Origin: Candidatus Binatia bacterium
GTDB taxonomy: Bacteria; Desulfobacterota; Binatia; UBA9968
Reading direction: 5' to 3'
DNA: 48,936 bases
Assembly (NCBI GenBank): GCA_036522615.1
Contig: DATDFN010000168.1
Location: forward strand, 1-48,936
Shown here: positions 16,165 through 24,388 of the stretch, in pieces
Layout: every line of letters starts with the position of its first letter
Position numbering within the stretch: position 1 is the stretch's first letter
Program-made: the position numbers and the translations under genes
The notes under the pieces: model-generated
What the model was told of the DNA's origin: nothing
Database searches by the model: none
The model's input: the letters and a program-made list of their open reading frames with translations, nothing else

Positions 16165-17214
16165 TTAGGCGAACCAGCGCGAGAGCTTGAACGCGAAGAT
16201 CGCGGGCGGATCGTCGAACACGCCGAGGCGCTTGACGGCGAAACGATCGGTGCCGCCCACGTTGACCCCTCGAATCGTGCTCACCGCGGCGTCGTAGCCG
16301 GCGGCCTGGGTGAGTTCTTCGGTCGCGTGGTTGAAATGCTGCGGTCCGCCGAACGGATAAGCCAGAAATCTGACTCGCCGGTTCAGTATCGATTCGAGCG
16401 TCTTTTTGGAGGCGGTCAGCTCTTCGGCGGCATCCGTGGGGCTTACCGACGAAAGGGCGGGGTGCGTCACGGTGTGGCTGCCGATCTCTATGCCGGCGTC
16501 GGACATTTTTTTAAGCTGCTCCGTCGTCAATGTCGGCGCCTCCTCCGCCGGATCGCTATCGGCTTCAACCCCGAGGTCGTGCGCGATCCCGGCGAGCATG
16601 CGCTCGCGCTCGCTCGGCGCTGCGGCGATCAGCGCCGGTTCGAGCGCATCGACGGCGCGGCGACGGTTTCGTTTGCTCGTGAGATTGAACGCGGCCCGGC
16701 CTAGCGGCGAGTCAGTCCAGTTGAGCCGAAGCTCGCGGGCTTGGGTCTGTTTGAACAAGAAGCGGAGTCGGTACGGCCACAGCGAGATTCCGTCCGTCAG
16801 CGGCTGCGTTGCGACGAACACCGCGGCGGGCGCGCCGTATTTTTTCAGCAGCGGAAAGGCGGCCTCGTAGTTGTCGCGGAAGCCGTCGTCGAAAGTTATC
16901 GCGATCGTATTATTCGGGATCGGCGCGCCGCCGCGCAGCTTGGCGACGGCGTCGTCCAGCGATATTAGGTTGAAATTGCGCGCGAGGTATTCAAGCTGCC
17001 GGGCGAAATTTTTCTCCGACACGGCGATGCCGGGGCCGAGAAAATCCGATCCGCCGATGCTGTGATACATCAAAATCGCGATGCCGGGAATTTCTCCGCG
17101 CTTTGCAACGCCGTACGCATGCAGAGCGCCGGTGTAATACGCCGCCTTGAGCGCGAGGCGCCGCGCCGCCATGCCCCCTCGCGTTTTTGCCGGCACGAGG
17201 AATTTTTTCATCAT
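16165..17214 (-). CDS. polysaccharide deacetylase (NodB homology domain)
   Basis: ILMYHSI, the ITFDDGFRDNY motif and GSHTVTHPAL. Start taken at ATG 17214, which forms an ATGA overlap with the upstream stop. Confidence 0.85.
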   Translation of the reverse strand: MMKKFLVPAKTRGGMAARRLALKAAYYTGALHAYGVAKRGEIPGIAILMYHSIGGSDFLGPGIAVSEKNFARQLEYLARNFNLISLDDAVAKLRGGAPIPNNTIAITFDDGFRDNYEAAFPLLKKYGAPAAVFVATQPLTDGISLWPYRLRFLFKQTQARELRLNWTDSPLGRAAFNLTSKRNRRRAVDALEPALIAAAPSERERMLAGIAHDLGVEADSDPAEEAPTLTTEQLKKMSDAGIEIGSHTVTHPALSSVSPTDAAEELTASKKTLESILNRRVRFLAYPFGGPQHFNHATEELTQAAGYDAAVSTIRGVNVGGTDRFAVKRLGVFDDPPAIFAFKLSRWFA

Positions 17215-18017
17215 GAATGCCGCCCGCGCCGCAGCAGCTCGAAGAAGAATATTTTCATGACGAACCACGGCTCCACCAGATAGCGCCGCCATAAACGCAC
17301 AGGGTCCGAGGACAGGCGAAAAAGCCACTCGATGCCGACGCGCCCCATCCAGCGCGGCGGCGTCGGCGTTTCACCGGCGACGTAATCCATCAACCCGCCG
17401 ACATTGAAAATCGCGCTCGCGTCGAGAGCCCCGCGATTTTCGTAGATCCAGCGCTCCTGCCGCGGCATGCCCATGCCGACGAGAAGCAAATCCGGTGCGA
17501 AGCGGTTGATCGTCTCTACGACGGCGCGGTTCTCCGCGCTTTCACGCTGCGCGTCGAAATAGCCGTGCGCCGTTTCCAGAGAAAGTCCCGGGAATTCCGT
17601 CTTCAAAATCGCCGCGCCTTTTTCCGCGACGCCGGGGCGCGACCCGAGGAAGAAAACACGCCAGCTCTTCTGTTGCGCGTGCGCCAGCAGCGGCCGGATC
17701 CAATCCAAATGCGTGAGCCGCTGAGCGCGATCGATCTTTAATCCGAGGAGCTTCCCGAAAAAAACCAGACTCATGCCGTCGACATGCGTCCACGTGGAAC
17801 GCCCATAGAATTCGCGCACAGCGGCGTCGCGATGAAACATATAAATGCTGTGGAGATTATGATTCGAAATTACCGAGCACCGCTTCTGTTCGACCGCTTC
17901 GATAATGACCTCTCTCAAATCGTCCCACGTGAGCGGATGAACCGTCACGCCAAGGAGACGGAGCGGCGCGACCGCCGGCGTGGAATCGCTCGCGCGCATA
18001 GGTAAGCCGCCCGGCAT
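17211..18017 (-). CDS. WecB/TagA/CpsF-family (GT26) glycosyltransferase
   Basis: Track ORF trimmed to ATG 18017 (TGATG junction with the upstream gene). VHPLTWDDL...ISNHNLHSIY...VFFLGSRPGVAEKGA...GMPRQERWI is typical of GT26. Confidence 0.85.
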   Translation of the reverse strand: MPGGLPMRASDSTPAVAPLRLLGVTVHPLTWDDLREVIIEAVEQKRCSVISNHNLHSIYMFHRDAAVREFYGRSTWTHVDGMSLVFFGKLLGLKIDRAQRLTHLDWIRPLLAHAQQKSWRVFFLGSRPGVAEKGAAILKTEFPGLSLETAHGYFDAQRESAENRAVVETINRFAPDLLLVGMGMPRQERWIYENRGALDASAIFNVGGLMDYVAGETPTPPRWMGRVGIEWLFRLSSDPVRLWRRYLVEPWFVMKIFFFELLRRGRHS

Positions 18018-18949
18018 CAGCGGCGACCTTTCAAAGATGCTTTGTCCCCGTCTTTGACGGTGCATGCCTGTCGCCCCCGCGCGCGCCAGAAAGCTGGAAG
18101 CAAAGTAAATAGGGCGGCCCGCTCGCGAAGAAGCAATCCCAAAAAGCGAAAATACAGCCTTGGATCGCGCAGCATCCAGGGGCTTAGCACGAGCGCTTGC
18201 TTCGCCGTCGAGCCGATCCCCAAGCGCCAAGCGACCGCCGTAGGGAAGCTGCGGCCCCAGTGGCGCCGAAAGAACTCCGGCTGTCGACGGTAGAGACGAA
18301 ATAGCCCTTCGAGCTGCTCTTCCCACAAATATCCGTCTGAAAAGATTCGCGGACGCGGGGGATGAACGATGGTCGCCTGCGGCCAGAACACGATGGGTCC
18401 TTGCTGCAGGACGGCGGCGGCTAATTGGGTGTCCTCGCCATAGGCGGATTGTTCGTCGAAGCCGTTTGCCGCGACGAGCGCCTGCCTGCGATACGCTATG
18501 TTACAGGCGCGGTAATTGGAATTTCGCCGAACCGCCGTGATTTGATGGGTCAAAGGTGTGACTCGATCACGCTCGGTAACGGTTTTTCCGTACAATCCGA
18601 GCGCGCCGGGCCGTTCGCCGAATCCGCGCGCCAGTTCCGATATCCAATCGTGATCGGCTATACAATCGTCGTCGGTGAACGCGATGATCTCGCCTGTGCC
18701 GTGGCGCCAGCCGCGATTACGAGCGGCGCTGGCGCCGGCATGCGATATTTGAAGCGGCTCGATTCGACGATCGCGAAGGGCCCATTCGCCGAGCGCCGCC
18801 CACGTTGCGTCGGACGACCCGTCGTCGACGACGATGATGCGGTAGCGATCGGCAGCGTAGCTCTGGTGGACAAGCGATGCGATCAATCGATCGAGCATCG
18901 CGTGGCGATTATAGGTCGGCACAACGACATCGATCAACGGCACGGTCAT
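18017..18949 (-). CDS. glycosyltransferase family 2
   Basis: Track ORF trimmed to ATG 18949 (ATGA overlap). DVVVPTYNR, VVDDGSSD and AFTDDDC (DxD) motifs. Confidence 0.88.
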   Translation of the reverse strand: MTVPLIDVVVPTYNRHAMLDRLIASLVHQSYAADRYRIIVVDDGSSDATWAALGEWALRDRRIEPLQISHAGASAARNRGWRHGTGEIIAFTDDDCIADHDWISELARGFGERPGALGLYGKTVTERDRVTPLTHQITAVRRNSNYRACNIAYRRQALVAANGFDEQSAYGEDTQLAAAVLQQGPIVFWPQATIVHPPRPRIFSDGYLWEEQLEGLFRLYRRQPEFFRRHWGRSFPTAVAWRLGIGSTAKQALVLSPWMLRDPRLYFRFLGLLLRERAALFTLLPAFWRARGRQACTVKDGDKASLKGRR

Positions 18950-19800
18950 ACAATCGGCCTGCAAGGGGCTTCCTCGCCGACTTCGATGCCGTCGTGAAAG
19001 GATGCCATCGCCATTTTTATGAGCTTCTCCTGATTCGCGAAATCCAGCGTCTGTTTCAGAAAATTCCGTTTCGCGAGAAAGATGCCGATCGCGTGCGCCG
19101 AGCATGGATAGGCGAGCAAAACGACGCCGGGAAGGCCGGCGAGGCGCCGCGCGTGCTCGGCGTCCCGTTTGAACCCGGCGCAATAGTGAAGATAATATTT
19201 CGTTTTTCCATTGGACGTTTCCAAACGCGGGACGACATCCAAAGCTTCTGCCTTTGCGCGGCGCGAAAAGAGCAGGCGCAGATGCGAGCGCTTGTAGCGG
19301 CTCTTGCGAATGGCGGCGAGGCTTGTGTCGACGAACGTCTGGGGCGCGAACGCATGGACGTAGTCCGCGGCGAGCGCGTGGCCGGCGGCAATAGCCACCA
19401 AGCCGCCGCTGGAGGTGCCAACGCACATGACTTTTTGCGGCCGCAGCGCGGCGATTGCGTTTTCGAGATAGGCGATCAAAGCGGGAAAATCGGGCCGCTG
19501 CGCGTCGATGCCGTGCTGGTACCAGAGACGGTACTTGTCGCGCAGCAGAATCCGGCTGTATCCCAGCGATTTCGTCGTGTCGAAGAATTCATAGACCCGG
19601 AGGAAGAGCCGGTCGTCGAGGCCGGTAAACGCGATGATCAATCCTTCGTCGTTTTTCCCGCGCTCGACGAGCGCCGGCTCGCGCGCAACTCTAAGATCGT
19701 CGATGGTGAGTCTATGTCCCGCGAGAGATCGAAAAATCGCTATACCGCGGTCTCGGTAGAAGCTTAGCTTCGCTCGCAGACGGCTCGAGGAAAGCTCCAT
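18946..19800 (-). CDS. hypothetical alpha/beta-hydrolase-fold protein (GxSxG nucleophile elbow)
   Basis: VMCVGTSSGGLVAIAAGH is a nucleophile-elbow-like motif. I recognise no closer family. First gene of the minus-strand operon; start ATG 19800, alternative ATG 19821. Confidence 0.5.
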   Translation of the reverse strand: MELSSSRLRAKLSFYRDRGIAIFRSLAGHRLTIDDLRVAREPALVERGKNDEGLIIAFTGLDDRLFLRVYEFFDTTKSLGYSRILLRDKYRLWYQHGIDAQRPDFPALIAYLENAIAALRPQKVMCVGTSSGGLVAIAAGHALAADYVHAFAPQTFVDTSLAAIRKSRYKRSHLRLLFSRRAKAEALDVVPRLETSNGKTKYYLHYCAGFKRDAEHARRLAGLPGVVLLAYPCSAHAIGIFLAKRNFLKQTLDFANQEKLIKMAMASFHDGIEVGEEAPCRPIV

Positions 19801-19889
19801 GAATTCACCAGCCGTTATCAAGCGTCGCGTTAATTTGCAAATCGGCGCGATTCTTGTAACGTTGTCTGAAATTCTCGCAGCGCGATCTC

Positions 19890-21350
19890 ATGAACGTCTA
19901 TTCCGTCGTCGTCGAAGCCGCGACGCAATGGCCTGAAACAATCGTCATCGCCGACGGCGATCGCAGCCTCCGCTACGGCGAGCTCCACGCGGCCGTCGAA
20001 GCCGTCGCGGCCGAATTTCAGTCGGCCGGCGTGAAGCCCGGGGATAAACTGGGCCTACTTTTTCCCAACTGCGCGGAATTCGTCGTCGCTTTTTTCGCCG
20101 CGCATCGATTGCGGGCGATCGCCGTGCCCATGCCGGCGGCGCTCAGCGGCGCCGAGGTTGCGCGCTTGGCCGAGGACATCGAGGTCGATGCCTTCTGCTT
20201 CGATGCGAGACTCGAAACGTCGCTGCCGTTGGGCTACGACCGGCGGTCCTTGAGCGCCATCGGCCGCTCCGGCTTGGGCGTTTGCGCTCATCCGGCGACT
20301 TCGGCCGCCGAGCGGGAGCGACTGCTGAAGCTCGACCCGGCGATCATTCGCTTCAGCTCCGGCACGACGGCGACGGCGAAAGGCATCGTCATATCCCATC
20401 GCACGCTCTTGCAGCGCGTGCGCGCACAGCGCTCCGATCTGCCGATCGCGGATCGCGAGACCGTATTGTGGCTGCAGCCGCTCACGATGAATTTTGTCAG
20501 CCCGGTGCTTTTTGTCTCCATGGGGTCGTGCATGATCCTCGCGGGAGCCACCGATACATACTTGTTGGCCGACCTCTTGCGCCGGCACCGCATCGCGCAG
20601 GTTTACGCCGCGCCGCTCACATATCGCATGATGGTCACGGAAGAATCGCTGTCCGCGGGCGATTTGCGCGATGTGAAGCATTTCGTCAGCACGAGCGCCG
20701 CGCTGCCGCCGTCGACCGCCGAGGCGTTTCGCCGCCGCTTCGGGAGAGAGATCGTTCAATACTACGGCTCCGGCGAATGCGCGCGCGCGAGCTCGAATTG
20801 GAACGAGGACATCTCCAAGCGCGGCTCGGTCGGCCGGCCTACGGGCGGCTACGAGTTCAAGCTCGAAGGAGTGCCGGATGAGGCCAGCGGCCCCGAGTCC
20901 GTAGGAGAACTCCTGGTGCGCGGGCCGGGGCTTTTCGACGCGTATTATAAGCCGTGGCGGCTGAAGGACGAGGTCCTGGAAAAAGGATGGTTCAGGACCG
21001 GCGACCTCGCGCGACGCGACGCCGACGGCTACTACTGGATCGTCGGCCGCACGACGGACATCATCAATGTCGCGGGCGTAAAGGTCCATCCCCAGCGCCT
21101 CGAAGAAATTCTCCTTCGACACCCGGCGGTGGAGGAGGCGGTTGTCTACGGCGCGCCTGACGCGCGCTTCGGCGAATCGCCGCGCGCGAAAGTAAAGGTG
21201 CGGAGCGGCATGAAAGCGACCGAAAAAGAGATTCTCGACTTCGCCAACGACCGGCTGTCCGTCTTTTTCATGCTGCGCGGCGTCTCGTTCGTGAGCGATA
21301 TTCCGAAGACGGCGACCGGCAAACCTCGCCGCGGCCGCGTGGAGAATTGA
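19890..21350 (+). CDS. adenylate-forming enzyme (acyl-CoA synthetase / acyl- or aminoacyl-carrier-protein ligase, ANL superfamily)
   Basis: AMP-binding motifs FSSGTTATAKGI, YYGSGE, TGDLARRDADGYYWIVGR and PKTATGKPRR. Confidence 0.88.
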   Translation: MNVYSVVVEAATQWPETIVIADGDRSLRYGELHAAVEAVAAEFQSAGVKPGDKLGLLFPNCAEFVVAFFAAHRLRAIAVPMPAALSGAEVARLAEDIEVDAFCFDARLETSLPLGYDRRSLSAIGRSGLGVCAHPATSAAERERLLKLDPAIIRFSSGTTATAKGIVISHRTLLQRVRAQRSDLPIADRETVLWLQPLTMNFVSPVLFVSMGSCMILAGATDTYLLADLLRRHRIAQVYAAPLTYRMMVTEESLSAGDLRDVKHFVSTSAALPPSTAEAFRRRFGREIVQYYGSGECARASSNWNEDISKRGSVGRPTGGYEFKLEGVPDEASGPESVGELLVRGPGLFDAYYKPWRLKDEVLEKGWFRTGDLARRDADGYYWIVGRTTDIINVAGVKVHPQRLEEILLRHPAVEEAVVYGAPDARFGESPRAKVKVRSGMKATEKEILDFANDRLSVFFMLRGVSFVSDIPKTATGKPRRGRVEN

Positions 21351-21584
21351 ATGGCGGCCTCGACGAGAGATCGGGTCGTGCAAATTCTCCGGCGCATGCT
21401 CGGACCCGGCGCGGACCTCGATCGCACGCGTTTGAATCTCGAGTCGCTCAAAATGCTCGAGGTCGTCGTGGCGCTGGAGAACGAGTTTCGGATCGCGATT
21501 CCCGAGGACGCGCCGCTGGCGCGCATCACCGCGTCGGTCGACAATATCGTCGGCTATTTGGAAAAACTCGCCCCGCGCGCCTAA
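21351..21584 (+). CDS. acyl/peptidyl carrier protein (phosphopantetheine attachment)
   Basis: 77 aa with a 4-helix ACP-like pattern and a candidate Ppant serine in LNLESLKMLEVVVALENEF. The ATG directly abuts the ligase TGA. Confidence 0.75.
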   Translation: MAASTRDRVVQILRRMLGPGADLDRTRLNLESLKMLEVVVALENEFRIAIPEDAPLARITASVDNIVGYLEKLAPRA

Positions 21585-23002
21585 TGCGCGCCTTTGCCTG
21601 ACAGCACGGCGACGACGGTGCGCAGCAAAATCTGCGCGTCCAGACGCAGCGACCAATTATCCACGTAGTCGAGGTCGAGGCGCATCCACTCCTCGAAGTC
21701 GACGCTGCTTCTGCCGCTCGCCTGCCACAGTCCCGTCATGCCCGGCTTCATCGAGAAGCGGCGCCTGAGCGGCCCTTGAATCGCGGCGCTTTCCGCCAGG
21801 GGAAGCGGCCTCGGACCGACCAGGCTCATGTCGCCTTTAAGCACATTGATGAGCTGCGGCAGCTCGTCGAGGCTCGTGCGCCGGAGCCATTTGCCGATCG
21901 GCGTGACGCGCGGGTCTTGCGCCAGCTTGAAGACGGGCCCCGACATCTGATTCCGCTCGGTCAACCCCGCCTTGAGGTTCTCCGCGCCGGCGACCATGGT
22001 GCGGAATTTATTCATGCAGAAGCGACGGCCGTGCAAGCCGCCGCGCTCCTGCCGGAAAAGCACCGGCCCGCGCGAAGAGAGCTTGACGACCGTCGCGATG
22101 AGCATCATCGGTACGGCGAACACGGCGAGCAGGGCCAGCGCGCCGAAAAAGTCGAGCACCGATTTCGCGTAGCGCTGGCCGACGTAGAGCGGCGTCGGCG
22201 CGAAGGAAAAGAACGGCATGTCGTAGGAGACTTCCAGGTACGGGCGCGCGAGCGCGGGCCGGTAGAGCTGGGCCAGCACTTTGCCCTCCACGCCCATCTC
22301 CTCGCACAATTTCAAATAGTCGCTCACCTCCTCGAGCATCGCCGGCGGCACGACGAAATAAACTTCGTCGACAACCTGCTGATGGAGCAGGTCGGCCAGA
22401 TTCTCCACACTTCCGTGAATCGGCAGACCGCCGAGCTCTCTTTCGGCCGGCTTGCCGAACGTCAAAACGCCGATGGGCGCGACGCCGTCGCTCGGGTTCT
22501 GGCGCATGCGCTCGAGTAGACGCGTGGTCTCCCGGCGCGAGTCCGCTCCGTCTGCGGTTACGACGAGCGCGCGTTGCCCGGTTCTTCCCGTGCGGCGGGA
22601 GAGCGCGAGCCAAGCGGTGAAGGCGATGCGTGTAACGGCGAGCATCGCCGTCTCGACGCCGACGAAGAGCACCAGCAGACTGCGGTTGAACGTTTCGAAT
22701 TTTATGAGAAACAAGAGCAGTGCGAGCGCCAGAAGACCGCCGAGGCCCACGGCCAGTGAAACGCGAATGATCCGCAGCGGGCTTTCCACCTTCGCCTGGT
22801 AGGCGCCGTTGATAAAAAGCAGGAACCACCAGATCGGAATCGTCGCGAGAAGGATCCAGAGATAGTGATCGATGGGCCCGAGCGGCCGGAATCCCATGTG
22901 AGGAATCAGCCGCCGGAGATAATACGATGCGACGAAGGCGGCGGTCACCGTCAGCGCGTCGATGACAATCAATAGCCGTGGAAAAAGCGCCCGTCGATGC
23001 AT
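21581..23002 (-). CDS. exopolysaccharide-type polyprenyl-phosphate glycosyl-1-phosphate transferase (bacterial sugar transferase, WbaP/EpsB-like)
   Basis: N-terminal TM helices, then a C-terminal catalytic domain with [32 protein letters not shown] and [14 protein letters not shown]. Confidence 0.9.
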   Translation of the reverse strand: MHRRALFPRLLIVIDALTVTAAFVASYYLRRLIPHMGFRPLGPIDHYLWILLATIPIWWFLLFINGAYQAKVESPLRIIRVSLAVGLGGLLALALLLFLIKFETFNRSLLVLFVGVETAMLAVTRIAFTAWLALSRRTGRTGQRALVVTADGADSRRETTRLLERMRQNPSDGVAPIGVLTFGKPAERELGGLPIHGSVENLADLLHQQVVDEVYFVVPPAMLEEVSDYLKLCEEMGVEGKVLAQLYRPALARPYLEVSYDMPFFSFAPTPLYVGQRYAKSVLDFFGALALLAVFAVPMMLIATVVKLSSRGPVLFRQERGGLHGRRFCMNKFRTMVAGAENLKAGLTERNQMSGPVFKLAQDPRVTPIGKWLRRTSLDELPQLINVLKGDMSLVGPRPLPLAESAAIQGPLRRRFSMKPGMTGLWQASGRSSVDFEEWMRLDLDYVDNWSLRLDAQILLRTVVAVLSGKGAH

Positions 23003-23044
23003 CTTAGCCGGCGATTACCGTCACAGCGGGCATGCGGTTGTCAA

Positions 23045-24388
23045 TCACGCGGAGGCCGATTTGTGCCGCGATTTACGGTGGACAAACGTCCATGGAATCC
23101 GGCTGTAATGACCGGCTGCGCCTGCGCACCGTCGCGCTGCGCGGAGAAAGGATCGGATACGATCGCGGCCGAAGGTCTCGACCGCCAGCGTTTCGACGGT
23201 CTTCAGCGCGGACGGACGGAAATCGTCCCATGCGAAGAAGCAGTGGGTTTTTTCGCCTTTGAGTGAGGCAAGCCAAGCTATAAGGCTTAAGTCACCGCGC
23301 CTGCGATAGCGCCGAAACGCTGCCACATCGTCCCACAACGAAAGCCAGCGGACATTCCGCCGCGAAGGAGAGGCCGCCGGGGGTCGTATCCCGGCCGCGT
23401 CCAGGTAAGCCATGTACGAGAAATCCACTCCGCAATATTCGGCGAGGCTGTGGTGCAGCGCGAGCCTGGCGTTCACCTCGATCAGATAAAACCGGCCGCT
23501 CCGTGCGCAGCGCTTGAAACAGACCGCAGAATTTCCGCGATAGCCGATGGCCTTCAAAAAACGCAAGGCGCTTTGAGCCAGCGCGTCGTCCCAGACGGTT
23601 TTTACACACGTCCCGATGCCGTCGCCGTCGATCGGCAACGTACGGATCTTCTGCAGCATCAAGCAGCCGAGCGGCTCAGAGTTTTCGTCCAGATAAGAGT
23701 AGAAGTCGTACAGCGCGTCGTCGCCGCCCTCGATGTATTCCTGCACGATCAATCTCCGCTCGAAGGCCGTGACTTGAGGGTACAATGTCAGGAAATCTTC
23801 GCGCGAGCCGACGACGAGGCGCTTGATCCAACCGCCTCGATTTTTTCCGAAGCGGCTCTGAAATTCGGCATTGGCCCACGCGTGGGAGCGCGCCGGCTTG
23901 ATCACGCACGGGTAAACGATCTCGCCGGCCGCTGCCGCGACATCATCGTCGCTCTCAATTTCATAGGACCGCGGTACCAGGAACCCGTGGCGCTCTGCCA
24001 GTTTGGAGAAAAGCCGTTTGTCGATGAGCGCCTCGATGACATCGTGCGATGGCATGACGTAGCGATATCGCGTGAGTAGCCGCTCGCGATAGCGCGACGT
24101 AACGAACACTTCCGCGTCGCCTGTCGCAATCAGTGCCGGCCTGGATGAGGACGGGAGGCTGAGCAAAAAATCGGCGTACCGTTCTGATTCGTCGCGCGGA
24201 TCACACGGAGCGATAAGCGCCGTGCAAAATTTCGACCTCAACGCGACATCTCTTTTGTTCGTGTGGATGGCTGTGACTTGGATGCCCTTCCGACCGAGAC
24301 TTCTGAAGACTCCGAGGGCGTTGTGGCCGCCGCCGAGGACGACGGCGGGGATGCTATTGTGCCCGTGGGCGTAGCCGTGCAGGTTCAT
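23045..24388 (-). CDS. ATP-grasp superfamily carboxylate-amine/thiol ligase
   Basis: Track ORF trimmed to ATG 24388 (ATGA overlap with the upstream GT4). YPCVIKPARS, LIVQEYIEG and FYLIEVNARL are ATP-grasp hallmarks. Confidence 0.75.
   Translation of the reverse strand: MNLHGYAHGHNSIPAVVLGGGHNALGVFRSLGRKGIQVTAIHTNKRDVALRSKFCTALIAPCDPRDESERYADFLLSLPSSSRPALIATGDAEVFVTSRYRERLLTRYRYVMPSHDVIEALIDKRLFSKLAERHGFLVPRSYEIESDDDVAAAAGEIVYPCVIKPARSHAWANAEFQSRFGKNRGGWIKRLVVGSREDFLTLYPQVTAFERRLIVQEYIEGGDDALYDFYSYLDENSEPLGCLMLQKIRTLPIDGDGIGTCVKTVWDDALAQSALRFLKAIGYRGNSAVCFKRCARSGRFYLIEVNARLALHHSLAEYCGVDFSYMAYLDAAGIRPPAASPSRRNVRWLSLWDDVAAFRRYRRRGDLSLIAWLASLKGEKTHCFFAWDDFRPSALKTVETLAVETFGRDRIRSFLRAARRCAGAAGHYSRIPWTFVHRKSRHKSASA

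Noticed and set aside
18950-19426. Long N-terminal extensions of track ORFs. Examples: GT2 to 19426, ATP-grasp to 24667, NHase alpha to 9811, cdsA to 40475, GT26 to 18326 and the deacetylase to 17328.
   Set aside because: The extensions are Arg-rich, overlap the upstream gene in another frame, and precede the conserved protein N-termini. In most cases an internal ATG/GTG coincides with the upstream stop codon (ATGA/TGATG/GTGA junctions).
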